Source: Brevinematales bacterium (lineage in GTDB: Bacteria; Spirochaetota; Brevinematia; Brevinematales; JAOACQ01). Taken from it: 55,441 bases of DNA. Made by a program: the position numbers and the translations under genes. Under the pieces are notes generated by a model. It was not told the DNA's origin and did not search any database. It saw only the letters and a list, made by a program, of their open reading frames with translations. The stretch spans positions 1 to 55,441 of the forward strand of contig JAOACQ010000104.1 of NCBI GenBank assembly GCA_026417755.1, in the 5' to 3' direction. Position 1 is the first letter of the stretch, and each line of letters starts with the position of its first letter. Shown here one piece after another: positions 10,798 to 22,183 of the stretch.

Positions 10798-13527
10798 TTG
10801 AATTTGAAATTCTTAATCGATTTTACATCATCGGGAAATAAGATTACAAACATTTATCTTGAAATAAAAGACGCAAAAGAAGAATTTTTATCTGTTTTAA
10901 GATCTGAAAAAGGGAGTTTTTTTGGAATAGATTATTATTTTGATCTTGATAATTTTTCAGAAAAAGAAAAAAATATTATTTACTATCTTTTTTATAATAA
11001 GAATTTCTCATTCAAATATCAAAATTCAGAATTGTTTATTCCAGTTCCTGTAGACTATTATTTTTTTACAGAAATTTTCAACTTTAAAGTTTTTTTGAAA
11101 AAAGACAACCAACCTGTTTATTTTAAAAAGGAAGATTTTATTCCAGAATTTGTTTTAAATCAGGATTATGAGGCAATAACTATAAAAAATATTGAAAAAA
11201 TAAAGTTAATACAAACAAATTCAAGATATCTGGTTTTAATTGACAGAACTATAAGACCTCTTAAAGCTATCTTGAAAGAAGAAGCAATAATTGAAATTTT
11301 TGAAGATGGTTTGTTTTATCTTGAAAATGATCTTAAAAACGAACTTCTTTTAAATGTTAATAGAAATAAAAAATTTTTTCGCCTTCCAAAAATAATAGAA
11401 GTTAATGAAGCCGAAATAGTATTTCACATAAACATTAACAATGATTATTTTGAATTATCTCCTTACCTTGATTTCTTTGGAGAAAAAGTAAAAATAAATT
11501 TTGAAGAAATAAGACAAAGAATTATTTTTAATGAGGATATTTTCTTAAAAGAAAAAGAGGACAATCTTTTGCTTTTAAAGTCGACAACCCAGATTTATTC
11601 AAAAATTAGAAAGGTTAATGAGGTTTTAAGAAAAAACTTTTTTGGTTTATTAAATGAGATTAAAGGGACAAAAATAATTTCAAAAGATAAAAAGACTCTT
11701 TTTTCAAAGATTCTTTTTGAGTTGTCAGAAGATATAAAAATAGAAATAAATGGAATAAAGGAAATATCACCAATTAAAAATGAAGCAATAGAAATAGATT
11801 GGCTTGAAACTGATTTTGCTATCTCTCTTGGTGGTTATGAGTTATCTGAAGAAGAAATAGGACAACTTCTTGAAAATGGATATATAAGAAAAGATGAGAA
11901 ATTTATTACTATTTCGGATGAAGAATTAAAGAAAAAGGAAGAAATTTTAAGAAAAATATTTTTCTTGAAAAAACAAAACCACGCTGGAAAAAAGATGCTC
12001 CCATTTTTAGCAAATTTGAAAAATGAGGTAACAATAAAACTTCCGGATAAATATAAGGAGTTAATCCAGACCCTTGAGAATATTAAAAAGAATCGTTTTA
12101 ATCCAGAAGAAATCAATTTATCAAATTTACCATTTTTAAGAGATTATCAGAAGGTTGGTGTTTACTGGATAAATTTTCTTTATAAATATGATTTTGGTGG
12201 TATACTTGCTGACGAAATGGGGCTTGGAAAATCACTTCAGACGCTTGCTTTTTTGTTTTTTCTTGGGAATAAGGTTAAAACCAGTCTTATAGTATGTCCC
12301 TATGCTTTAATGGAAAATTGGGCAAATGAAATAAACAAATTTTTTAAAAATAAATTTAAATTTGCACTTACAAAAGGAAATAGAAAGGAAAGAGAAAAAC
12401 TTTTGGCAGAATTTTATAACTATGATATTATTATAACTTCATATAGCTTGCTCATACAAGATGAAAATTTATATGAAAATAGAAAAATAGCTATATGTAT
12501 CCTTGATGAAGCACAACATATAAAAAATAAAGATTCAAAAAGAACGAAAGCTGTAAAAAATTTAAATGCGGTTTTTAAAATTGCTTTGACTGGAACACCA
12601 ATAGAAAACTATCCTATTGAATTGTGGAGTATTTTTGATTTTCTTATGCCGGACTATCTTGGCAACCACAAATGGTTTAAAAAAAACATAGAAACCCCCA
12701 TATTAAAAAAACAGGATAATGAAACAATGGAACTATTTAAAAAACTGATTTCCCCTTATATACTTAGAAGAACAAAGGATAAAGTTCTCAAAGAGCTTCC
12801 TCCAAAAATAGAACAGGAAATAGAAATAGAACTAACAGAAAAACAAAAAATAATATATCTTGAGGTTTTGAATAAATTCAAAGAAAGTATTCTATATAAG
12901 ATTAAACAAAAAGGATTGGCAAATAGTTACATTGATTTTCTTTCCCTTCTTACAAGGTTAAGGCAACTCTCTATACATCCGGGACTTATTGATAGCAAGT
13001 TTTTTGAAGAAGAAGATATATCTTCTAAGACAAATGTTCTAATGGAATTAATACTTGAGTCTATAGATAGCAACCACAAGGTTGTTATTTATAGCCAGTT
13101 TGTTCAAATGCTTAAATTTGTTGAAAAAAGGTTAAAAAAAGAGGATGTAGAAACTTTATACCTTGATGGAAAGACAAAGAATAGATTTGAACTTGTAGAA
13201 TACTTCAATACATCAAGTGAAAAAATTCTTCTTGCTTCTATAAAGGCGGGAGGAGTTGGGTTAAATATAACAGGTGCCGATAGTGTAATACTTCTTGACC
13301 CTTGGTGGAATCCTACTGTTGAAGAACAAGCTATAGACAGATTGCATAGACTTGGCCAAAAACGAGTTGTCTTTGTATATAAAATTATTACAAAAGGAAC
13401 TATAGAAGAAAAAATGAAAATTCTCAAGCAAAAAAAGAAAAAAATATCAAAAGAGCTAACGGAATTTCAGGACAATATTCTTAAGACACTTTCAATAAAA
13501 GAAATTGAGGAACTATTAAGTTTTTAA
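10798..13527 (+). CDS. SNF2-family DEAD/DEAH helicase with a ~440-aa bacterial SNF2-associated N-terminal region
   Basis: [11 protein letters not shown] (motif I), DEAQHIKN (II), TGTPIEN (III), [10 protein letters not shown] and [11 protein letters not shown] (V/VI). TTG start. Confidence 0.9.
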   Translation: MNLKFLIDFTSSGNKITNIYLEIKDAKEEFLSVLRSEKGSFFGIDYYFDLDNFSEKEKNIIYYLFYNKNFSFKYQNSELFIPVPVDYYFFTEIFNFKVFLKKDNQPVYFKKEDFIPEFVLNQDYEAITIKNIEKIKLIQTNSRYLVLIDRTIRPLKAILKEEAIIEIFEDGLFYLENDLKNELLLNVNRNKKFFRLPKIIEVNEAEIVFHININNDYFELSPYLDFFGEKVKINFEEIRQRIIFNEDIFLKEKEDNLLLLKSTTQIYSKIRKVNEVLRKNFFGLLNEIKGTKIISKDKKTLFSKILFELSEDIKIEINGIKEISPIKNEAIEIDWLETDFAISLGGYELSEEEIGQLLENGYIRKDEKFITISDEELKKKEEILRKIFFLKKQNHAGKKMLPFLANLKNEVTIKLPDKYKELIQTLENIKKNRFNPEEINLSNLPFLRDYQKVGVYWINFLYKYDFGGILADEMGLGKSLQTLAFLFFLGNKVKTSLIVCPYALMENWANEINKFFKNKFKFALTKGNRKEREKLLAEFYNYDIIITSYSLLIQDENLYENRKIAICILDEAQHIKNKDSKRTKAVKNLNAVFKIALTGTPIENYPIELWSIFDFLMPDYLGNHKWFKKNIETPILKKQDNETMELFKKLISPYILRRTKDKVLKELPPKIEQEIEIELTEKQKIIYLEVLNKFKESILYKIKQKGLANSYIDFLSLLTRLRQLSIHPGLIDSKFFEEEDISSKTNVLMELILESIDSNHKVVIYSQFVQMLKFVEKRLKKEDVETLYLDGKTKNRFELVEYFNTSSEKILLASIKAGGVGLNITGADSVILLDPWWNPTVEEQAIDRLHRLGQKRVVFVYKIITKGTIEEKMKILKQKKKKISKELTEFQDNILKTLSIKEIEELLSF

Positions 13528-14027
13528 ATGAATCTTTCAAATCTTTCTTTTTTTGCTTTGCAGACGGGGCACACCTCTGGGGGATTGTCTCTTGCACATA
13601 GATAACCACAAACTTTACATCTCCAGACAGGATATGTCAATCCACCATCATTAAAATTTTCCTTTGATTTTTTTTGTTCCATTGCTTTTTTCCTTCTTTC
13701 TGGAATAGATGAAATCTTTTTCTTGCCCTGAACCACCTCTTCACTAACATAAAGTCCGCAATAACAGGTTCCATAATCATTAAGATCTGGATCCCTATAA
13801 TCACAGGGACATATTATATCAAGGTCTTTTTCTTTATCACCACTTGCAAGCCTACAAGGACAAGCAGGGTAACCATATCTTTTTGTGTTAACAAGTAATC
13901 CTTCTACTAAAGCCTTCGTAAACTCAACATCTGGATTAAGATGATAACCACCACTTTCAGCTTCGTCAAAGAGTTTTTTATATTCTTTATCAATTTCTTC
14001 TTGAGAGATAATTACCTTTGTTTTCAT
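13524..14027 (-). CDS. ferredoxin-thioredoxin reductase catalytic-subunit-like domain fused to a C-terminal rubredoxin-like domain
   Basis: CPC-X14-CPC-X12-CYC cysteine pattern (FTR catalytic-like), then WRCKVCGY...CPVCKA (two CxxC pairs). Confidence 0.75.
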   Translation of the reverse strand: MKTKVIISQEEIDKEYKKLFDEAESGGYHLNPDVEFTKALVEGLLVNTKRYGYPACPCRLASGDKEKDLDIICPCDYRDPDLNDYGTCYCGLYVSEEVVQGKKKISSIPERRKKAMEQKKSKENFNDGGLTYPVWRCKVCGYLCARDNPPEVCPVCKAKKERFERFI

Positions 14028-14083
14028 GGTAATTCCTCCTGTTTTGAGTTTTTAGAAATAATCTGAATCTAAAAAGATTGTGT

Positions 14084-14362
14084 TCATTCAAACTCTTTCT
14101 TTATTTCTTCTTCTTGAAAGCCTACTATACATCGTTTTTTGTCTATTACAAGTGTTGGATAAGAACAATCTGGATTCCATTTTTTTATTTCATCAAGATA
14201 TTTTTCCTCATCATCAACGAGATCCATATCAATATATTTATATTCTACTTCAAGTTCTTCAAGTAACTTTTTTGTTTTTCTACACCAGATGCAGGTACTC
14301 AAGGCATAAAGTACAACTTCTTTGTTTTTTTTCTTACCAGCAACTTTTTCAAAGTCTTTCAT
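14084..14362 (-). CDS. glutaredoxin-like / NrdH-like small thiol-disulfide protein
   Basis: 92 aa with a CIWC (CxxC) motif after a beta1-like VVLYALST. Its start overlaps the argD stop by 4 nt. Confidence 0.75.
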   Translation of the reverse strand: MKDFEKVAGKKKNKEVVLYALSTCIWCRKTKKLLEELEVEYKYIDMDLVDDEEKYLDEIKKWNPDCSYPTLVIDKKRCIVGFQEEEIKKEFE

Positions 14363-15552
14363 AAAACCTCCCCATCTTTTAAAATATCTTCAAAAACATT
14401 ACAGAAGTCAAGAATTTCTTTTTCCCCGATAGTAAAAGGTGGTAAAAGTCTTAAAACATTTTGACCAGCCCTCAATGTAAGAATATTTTTAGAAATAAAT
14501 TTGTTGATAATATCCTTTACCTCTAATTTATCTGACAATTCAATACCTATCATAAGTCCATAAATTCTTATTTCTTTTATAATTTTTGGGAATTTTTGTT
14601 TTATCTTTTCAAGCTCCATTTTAAAAATTTCTGAAAGATAGTTGATCTTTTTGAGAATTTTTTCATCAAGCATATCAAGTACTTTCAATGCAGATGCACA
14701 GGCTAAAAAATTTCCACCAAAAGTAGAAGCATGAAGCCCACTTTTCATCATATCAGCAATTTCAGGTTTTACTACAAAAGCTCCAATTGGGACACCATTC
14801 CCAAGGCCTTTGGCAAGTGTAAAGCCATCTGGCAGTATATCAAAATTTTGGTAACCAAAATATTTGCCAGTTCTTCCTATACCGGTTTGAACTTCATCAA
14901 ATATCAAAAGTGCATCAAATTTTGTTGCAAGTTCTCTTGCCTTTTTAACAAAATTATCCGTTAATTTATTGATTCCACCTTCACCCTGAATTGCTTCAAG
15001 AAAAATAGCACAAATTTCTTCATTAAAATTTTCTTCCAGTTGCTTTACATTGTTGGCTTCTATGAAGATAAAATTTTCAAGAAGTGGTTCAAATCCCTTT
15101 TTATACTTTTCCTGCCCTGTCATAGAAATTGTAGCAATCGTTCTACCATGAAAAGAATTATAAAGAGCAATAATTTTATTTTTACCTGCTTTTTTTGAAT
15201 TTCCATAAAGCCTTGCTACCTTTATTGCTGCTTCATTTGCTTCTGCCCCGCTGTTACAAAAGAAAACTTTGGCTTTAAAAGATTTTTCACTTATCTTTTT
15301 TGCCAATTCTATTTGCAATTTGTTATAATAAAGGTTTGAGGCGTGAGTTATACTATCAATCTGCTTCTTAATAGCATTATTAATTTTTCTATTAGCATGG
15401 CCAAAGTTAACAACGGCAATGCCAGAAGCAAAATCAAGATATTTTTTGCCTTTTTCGTCAAATACATAGTGTTTCTTGCCTTTTTTAATTGTAATATTAA
15501 ACCTATCATAAAAAGGTATCAGCCATTCTTTTTCAAGTTCCTTAATTTCCAC
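14359..15552 (-). CDS. argD: acetylornithine aminotransferase / class III aminotransferase
   Basis: Class III PLP motifs (SGAEANE, LIFDEVQTGIGRTGK). The length fits. Confidence 0.85.
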   Translation of the reverse strand: MEIKELEKEWLIPFYDRFNITIKKGKKHYVFDEKGKKYLDFASGIAVVNFGHANRKINNAIKKQIDSITHASNLYYNKLQIELAKKISEKSFKAKVFFCNSGAEANEAAIKVARLYGNSKKAGKNKIIALYNSFHGRTIATISMTGQEKYKKGFEPLLENFIFIEANNVKQLEENFNEEICAIFLEAIQGEGGINKLTDNFVKKARELATKFDALLIFDEVQTGIGRTGKYFGYQNFDILPDGFTLAKGLGNGVPIGAFVVKPEIADMMKSGLHASTFGGNFLACASALKVLDMLDEKILKKINYLSEIFKMELEKIKQKFPKIIKEIRIYGLMIGIELSDKLEVKDIINKFISKNILTLRAGQNVLRLLPPFTIGEKEILDFCNVFEDILKDGEVL

Positions 15553-15691
15553 TTCTTTTTCTCCTTTAAGCTATAATTTTAGGTAATAGATATTAAAGCA
15601 TAAGACTAAAAAAATCAATAGTTTGGAATATTTTTTGATAAAATAAATAAAGAATTAAGCCTATTTATTTTAATCAAAACTTCAAATTTTC

Positions 15692-15720
15692 TTGTAAAAA
15701 TTTAATCATTATATTATAAT
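15692..15720 (+). promoter_or_regulatory. candidate sigma-70 promoter for gap
   Basis: TTGTAA (15692..15697), 17-nt spacer, TATAAT (15715..15720), 66 nt before the ATG. Confidence 0.45.
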
Positions 15721-15786
15721 AAAATGTATTTTTTTATAGTTCTATTTGTTGTAGAAAGGATATTAATTTTAAATAGGAGGAAATAG

Positions 15787-16854
<1,068 letters not shown>

Positions 16855-16863
16855 AATAAATTA

Positions 16864-16890
16864 GGGGCTGTTAAATCAGCCCCTTATTCT
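16864..16890 (+). terminator. intrinsic terminator after gap
   Basis: GGGGCTG / CAGCCCC stem, 6-nt loop, then a TTATTCTTT tail. Confidence 0.65.
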
Positions 16891-16900
16891 TTAAAAAACT

Positions 16901-17602
16901 ATGAAATTTCCTGAATATATTAAAAAAGTCGAAGATAGGGTGAAGTATCTTATAGAGTTTGTAGAGAATAAAAGGATTAAGTTAGGACTTTCTTACAACA
17001 TAGAAATAGTTGCAGTTTCAAAAACATTTCCGATCGAGGAAATAAAGAGAGTAATTAATGCCGGTATAAAAAATATTGGTGAAAGTAGGATTCAAGAAGC
17101 AGAGCAGAAGTTTATTGAGCTAGAAAATATCAAGTTTACGAAACATCTTGTAGGACATTTGCAAAGTAATAAAATAAATAAAGCCATTGAAATTTTTGAC
17201 ATAATTCAATCAATCGATTCAGTTGTAACAATAGAAAAAATTAATAAAAAACTTAAAGAAAAAAATAAAATTTTACCGGTTTTAATTGAAATAAACACTT
17301 CCGGGGAAGAATCAAAATTTGGAATAAATCCAGATGAGGCAGTTGAATTTACCTCAAAAATTCTTGAATTTAAAAATATCAAAATTGAAGGATTTATGAC
17401 AATTGGGCCAAATACTTATGAAGAAAGAGAAATTCGTAAATCTTTTCAACTTCTATATAGAATAAGAGAAAAGATTAATCAGAGTCTTATGACTAATTTT
17501 CTTCATCTTTCAATGGGTATGAGTGATGATTTTGAGATAGCGATAGAAGAAGGGGCAACTATAATAAGACCCGGAAGAATAATATTTGGGGAAAGAAACT
17601 AA
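16901..17602 (+). CDS. YggS-family pyridoxal phosphate homeostasis protein
   Basis: VAVSKT (PLP Lys), GHLQSNK, and an MGMS...E..A region typical of the YggS/PROSC family. Confidence 0.88.
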   Translation: MKFPEYIKKVEDRVKYLIEFVENKRIKLGLSYNIEIVAVSKTFPIEEIKRVINAGIKNIGESRIQEAEQKFIELENIKFTKHLVGHLQSNKINKAIEIFDIIQSIDSVVTIEKINKKLKEKNKILPVLIEINTSGEESKFGINPDEAVEFTSKILEFKNIKIEGFMTIGPNTYEEREIRKSFQLLYRIREKINQSLMTNFLHLSMGMSDDFEIAIEEGATIIRPGRIIFGERN

Positions 17603-18849
17603 TCTTCTCTTCTTAAAATTGCGAATTCTTTAAGTTTGTTATCACACTTAAGAATAAAATCTTCATCAGGCTGAATAACTTCTTTTTTCTCTAAGGTTTC
17701 TTTATCATAAAAAGAAAAGTTTATCAAAAATTCATTTTTCTCTGGAAAAATAACTTCTATTCTATCGGATTGTTTAATCTGGTTGGCTGCTTTAACAATA
17801 TAGCCATCTTCTAATTCATTTATCACATAGCCTAGAAATACTGCACTTTTAAGATAGCTTTTTAAAGTTGTATTGGCAAGTCTATTTTGTTCAAAGTAAA
17901 ATCCAGTAAAATATTCTCTGTGGCTTATCTTTTCAAGTTCTTCAAGTGTTTCTTGTGGGGTTGATTTGTTTAATAAAACATCATCAATAATTCTTCTGTA
18001 TACACGGGTAGTATTAGCTACATAGTAAATACTTTTCATTCTTCCTTCAATCTTAAATGAATTTATACCTGCATCTATAAGCTCTTTCATAAAAGGAGCA
18101 AGATTAAGATCTTTTGAGCTGAGTATTGTTGTAGCGTTGTTTTCTTCTATTTCGATTGGCAAAAAATCATTCATTCTATTTGTTTCAACAAGATAAAAAC
18201 TCCATCGACATACCTGAGCACAATCCCCTTTATTTGCGTCTCTTGTTTTCTCAATCTTAATGCTTTTAGGTTTGTCTTTTGGTCTGTATATTGAAGGGTT
18301 AGTAAAATAGTTGGAAAGAAGGCATCTTCCTGAATATGCAACACAAAATGCCCCATGAACAAAAGTTTCAAGTTCTAGTGTAGTTTTATCCCTTATAGAT
18401 TTTATTTCATCAAGAGTAAGCTCTCGTGCAAGAACAACCCTCTTAACACCAAGTTTTTCATAAAATTTCACAGCTAAACTATTTAAAGTGTTTGCCTGTG
18501 TGCTAATGTGTATGGGAATTTCAGGATATTTTTCTCTTAAAAAACTAACTATTCCAATGTCGGAAACAATTAAACCATCAATTCCAATATTTGAAATTTC
18601 TTTAATAAAATCTTTAAACTTTTTTATGTCTTCTTCATGAAAATATATATTTGAAGTAACAAATAGTTTTTTTCCGGCTTTATGAGCATATTGAGTGGCA
18701 TTAAGAAGCTCTTGAATAGTTAAATTATCTGCTCCTTCTCTTAAAGAAAAATTTTTTACTCCTACATAAGCAGCATCAGCACCATACGCAAAAGCAAATC
18801 TCAGTTTATCAAAATTACCGGCTGGTGATAAGAGTTCTACTTTATTCAT
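17599..18849 (-). CDS. peptidase U32 family protein
   Basis: MNKVELLSPAGN... is a typical U32 N-terminus, with a conserved Cys-rich central region. ATG 18849 is preferred over the 23-codon upstream extension in the track. Confidence 0.85.
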   Translation of the reverse strand: MNKVELLSPAGNFDKLRFAFAYGADAAYVGVKNFSLREGADNLTIQELLNATQYAHKAGKKLFVTSNIYFHEEDIKKFKDFIKEISNIGIDGLIVSDIGIVSFLREKYPEIPIHISTQANTLNSLAVKFYEKLGVKRVVLARELTLDEIKSIRDKTTLELETFVHGAFCVAYSGRCLLSNYFTNPSIYRPKDKPKSIKIEKTRDANKGDCAQVCRWSFYLVETNRMNDFLPIEIEENNATTILSSKDLNLAPFMKELIDAGINSFKIEGRMKSIYYVANTTRVYRRIIDDVLLNKSTPQETLEELEKISHREYFTGFYFEQNRLANTTLKSYLKSAVFLGYVINELEDGYIVKAANQIKQSDRIEVIFPEKNEFLINFSFYDKETLEKKEVIQPDEDFILKCDNKLKEFAILRRED

Positions 18850-18951
18850 ATAAATATTATATAATAAATTAACTTTTTTAACAAAAAAGTTTAATAGAAT
18901 TTGAAATATCGCAAACAAAAAGCTGTTTCATTTTTTGTAATTAATTTAAAT

Positions 18952-18980
18952 TTGACAAAAAAATAGTATAAGATTAAAAT
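18952..18980 (+). promoter_or_regulatory. candidate sigma-70 promoter for the lipoprotein gene
   Basis: TTGACA (18952..18957), 17-nt spacer, TAAAAT (18975..18980). AAGGAGGG SD before ATG 19006. Confidence 0.5.
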
Positions 18981-19005
18981 AAAAATAACTTTAAGGAGGG
19001 ATTTT

Positions 19006-19839
19006 ATGAAAAAACATTTCTTTTTATTATTTTTAGTTTCCATTGTTTTATTCAGTTGTGGTATTCAGAGTAAAAAAGAAGTAGTGTATCCAAAATATCA
19101 CTATGTTTCAATTTATAAGACATCAAGTCTTAAAAATGACGAGAGAATTGAATATCTTGTTTGGGGAACAAAACTTGAAGTAGAAGAGGTTGTTTCAATA
19201 ACAAATATTTCAGAAGATCAAAGCAAAACAAATATTGTTAATTCATTTAAGGTTTTAAACACAGTATCAAAAAATAGAGGATATGTAGCTGAATCGGACG
19301 TGGTAAGAAATCCATTGATGAAAGGGGTTATTATTAATTCGACGGCTGCTTCTGAAGTTCCAAATATGGGTTCTTTTTCAAAGAAGAGTCTTAAACCATT
19401 TATTCCGGTTTATGTTCTTGCAATAAGTGAAGACAAAGAGTTATATAATGTTTCTGGGTATATAAATAAAAATTTTGTTCTTCCAGAAGAAGAAGAAACT
19501 ATCACCCCAATTTGGAAACCCCTCTGGGTTTACAAAACAGATGTTTCTACCAACAAAAATGATGTAGAATTAATAATTTTACAGCAATTGTCTGTAAAAA
19601 GATATAGAGAGGCTTTAGCTGCTTACCAAAAAGAACCAGAAAAAAAGGCTAAAGACCTTACAAATATTGTTCAAAGAGAAAGTGATGAGATGAGGATAGC
19701 TCTTGATAAATTCAAAGGAGCAAGCTCAAGTGTTATAAGCTACGTTACTTCCTATAGAGAAAGATTGAATGCATTTATATCAGGTGCCCCTGTAGAAGAA
19801 GAATATAATGAAGAAGAAGATAATACTTATAATGAATAA
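19006..19839 (+). CDS. hypothetical lipoprotein
   Basis: Signal peptide with lipobox-like VLFSCG, strong SD, acidic C-terminal tail. No family recognised. Confidence 0.7.
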   Translation: MKKHFFLLFLVSIVLFSCGIQSKKEVVYPKYHYVSIYKTSSLKNDERIEYLVWGTKLEVEEVVSITNISEDQSKTNIVNSFKVLNTVSKNRGYVAESDVVRNPLMKGVIINSTAASEVPNMGSFSKKSLKPFIPVYVLAISEDKELYNVSGYINKNFVLPEEEETITPIWKPLWVYKTDVSTNKNDVELIILQQLSVKRYREALAAYQKEPEKKAKDLTNIVQRESDEMRIALDKFKGASSSVISYVTSYRERLNAFISGAPVEEEYNEEEDNTYNE

Positions 19840-19885
19840 ATACTTCAAAATAAAAACATAAAAAATTATAGGCTATAGTAAATTT

Positions 19886-20737
19886 ATGAATGAAATAAGA
19901 AGTCCAGCAGTAGCAGGCATATTTTACCCAGAAGATTCTATTAATCTTAAAAGAATGATTAATGGATTTATTTCTGAGGTTCCTGATTATATACCTGATT
20001 ATTTTAAAAAGAATGGGATTCACAACTTTTTTTCTATAATTGTTCCACATGCTGGTTATATATATTCTGGAAGTGTTGCTGCTTATGGTTACTCTTTGCT
20101 CAAGGGTAAAAAATTTGATACTGTTATTTTATTAGGCCCAAGTCATTACAGTTACTTTGAAGGTTTTGCACTTGCATACTTTAAGAGTTTTTTGACCCCC
20201 CTTGGAGAAATCCCTATTGATATTGAATTTTCAGATCTTCTTGCTAAAGAAGGAAAAGGGGTTTTTGAATATCTCAAAAATGCTCACATGAGGGAACATA
20301 GTCTTGAAGTTCAACTTCCATTTCTTCAAGAAATTCTGGAAGAGGATTTTAGAATTGTTCCTATACTTATGGGGGAACAGAATATCAGGGCTTCAGAAGA
20401 AGGTGCTGAAATTCTGCATAAGATTTTAAGTAATTATGAAAAAAGTTTTCTCATAGTCGTGTCTACAGATTTATCTCATTACCATAATTCGATGCTTGCA
20501 GAAAAGATGGATACGAAATTTATAAATACAATCAAGGAACTTAATCCCCGTAAATTAATCAGTTTAACTGAATCAAATGAGATTGAGGCATGTGGAGTTG
20601 GACCTGTTGCGACCATGCTTACAACGGCAATCAAAATGAACAGAAGAAATATTAAAGATTTGATATATAGGCATTCTGGAGAGGTGTCAAAAGATTATGA
20701 TAGGGTAGTAGGTTATACATCTATAGCAGTGTGGTAA
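19886..20737 (+). CDS. MEMO1-family protein (AmmeMemoRadiSam system protein B)
   Basis: AGIFYP near the N-terminus, VPHAGYIYSG, and the DLSHYH metal-site pattern. Confidence 0.85.
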   Translation: MNEIRSPAVAGIFYPEDSINLKRMINGFISEVPDYIPDYFKKNGIHNFFSIIVPHAGYIYSGSVAAYGYSLLKGKKFDTVILLGPSHYSYFEGFALAYFKSFLTPLGEIPIDIEFSDLLAKEGKGVFEYLKNAHMREHSLEVQLPFLQEILEEDFRIVPILMGEQNIRASEEGAEILHKILSNYEKSFLIVVSTDLSHYHNSMLAEKMDTKFINTIKELNPRKLISLTESNEIEACGVGPVATMLTTAIKMNRRNIKDLIYRHSGEVSKDYDRVVGYTSIAVW

Positions 20738-20741
20738 TAAA

Positions 20742-21515
20742 ATGACAAATTTTTTTAGTTTAGAAATATGGCAAATAATTAAAAATATTGTTGATATTTG
20801 TGCTGTGGCTTATGTGTTTTATTTTCTTTACAGCTTATTTGAGAATACAAATACTATGAGTATTCTCAAAGGTTTTATTGCTATTATTATCATAAACGCA
20901 ATTGCACGCATAGCAGGTTTAAGGACTCTTGAATGGATATTTCAATATGTGATGAACAATTTTGTATTGCTTATTGTGGTTCTTTTTCAGCCGGAGATTA
21001 GGAAAATTCTCAATAGAATTGGTGAGAAAGGTATTGCTGGGATAAAATCAAACTTTTCTAAAAGTGTTCTTCGTGAGATTACTGATGCTGTATTTGATAT
21101 GTCAGATTCAAAAACGGGAGCATTGATAATAATTGAACAAAATGTAGGCTTAAAACATTTTCTTGATAATTCAGTGATACTCAATTCAGATGTTACAAAG
21201 GAGGGTTTACTTTCTATTTTCTACAAAGGGAACCCTCTCCACGATGGAGCTGTAATAATTTCAGAAGAAAAAATACTTGCAGCAAGAGTTATCATTCCTT
21301 CTGTAACTACAAACGAAATCAACAATAAATATGGTACAAGACATAGAGCCGGCCTTTTTGTTTCAGAAGATAGCGATGCCATTTCAATAATTGTTTCAGA
21401 GGAAAGGGGTTCCATTTCTATTGCTTATAAAGGACATTTTGAACCAGACTTAAAAAAAGAAGAATTTTTAAGGAGAATAAATGAACTTCTTGGTATTCAA
21501 AAAAATAATCATTAA
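20742..21515 (+). CDS. cdaA: diadenylate cyclase CdaA (membrane-anchored DAC domain)
   Basis: Three N-terminal TM segments. DAC motifs HDGAVII and GTRHRAG. Confidence 0.92.
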   Translation: MTNFFSLEIWQIIKNIVDICAVAYVFYFLYSLFENTNTMSILKGFIAIIIINAIARIAGLRTLEWIFQYVMNNFVLLIVVLFQPEIRKILNRIGEKGIAGIKSNFSKSVLREITDAVFDMSDSKTGALIIIEQNVGLKHFLDNSVILNSDVTKEGLLSIFYKGNPLHDGAVIISEEKILAARVIIPSVTTNEINNKYGTRHRAGLFVSEDSDAISIIVSEERGSISIAYKGHFEPDLKKEEFLRRINELLGIQKNNH

Positions 21516-22176
21516 TTTTAAGAACGAGTGGAAAAAAATATTAGCATCACTTGTTATTGCTTTAATCTTCTGGTATTCTATTTCAAAATTTGAATATGTA
21601 GAAAAAAAGGTTTATTTACCAATTTTATATAGAAATCTATCCTCAAACTTGATTATTGTAGAAGGAATGGAGACAAATACTGCTGTTATTATAAAAGCTA
21701 AAGAGGATTTTTTTGATAATCAAAATTATACAAATCTTATAAAGCCAATAGTTTACCTAGAAAATGCGAAAATCGGGATTAATTCTTATCCAATAGATAT
21801 TATTCTCAATACGCCTGTGCAGGATATTTCAGTAAAACTTCAAAAAGATGAAATTAAGTTAGTCATTGATGAGCTTGTATCAAAAGATTTTGAAATAAAA
21901 CCTAATATAACAGGAATCCCTTTAAGAGGATATTTTGTAGATGATCTAATACTTGAAACTCAAAAAATAAAAATAATAGGACCAAAAAAGGTTATTAACT
22001 CAATAGATTTTATTCAGACCGAACCAGTTTCTGTGGATGGGCTTAACTTAAGTCTTATTACAAACATAAATCTTTTATTACCACATTATTGCTACAGCTT
22101 GGATAAAACAAACATTTCCCTTGAAATAAAAATTTTGCCCCTTAGTTCCGGACTAGACAAATTTATAACAAATTAA
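21481..22176 (+). CDS. cdaR: CdaR-like (YbbR-domain) protein
   Basis: N-terminal TM anchor. Position overlaps the cdaA 3' end as in cdaA-cdaR operons. The YbbR-like repeats are only loosely recognisable. Confidence 0.55.
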   Translation: MNFLVFKKIIINFKNEWKKILASLVIALIFWYSISKFEYVEKKVYLPILYRNLSSNLIIVEGMETNTAVIIKAKEDFFDNQNYTNLIKPIVYLENAKIGINSYPIDIILNTPVQDISVKLQKDEIKLVIDELVSKDFEIKPNITGIPLRGYFVDDLILETQKIKIIGPKKVINSIDFIQTEPVSVDGLNLSLITNINLLLPHYCYSLDKTNISLEIKILPLSSGLDKFITN

Positions 22177-22183
22177 AAAATAA

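Noticed and set aside
14078-14364. Two + strand ORFs (14078..14266, 14080..14364) opposite the glutaredoxin-like gene.
   Set aside because: They are Phe/Leu/Ile-rich antisense translations of a Lys/Glu-rich gene. The minus-strand ORF has the CxxC motif and operon context.
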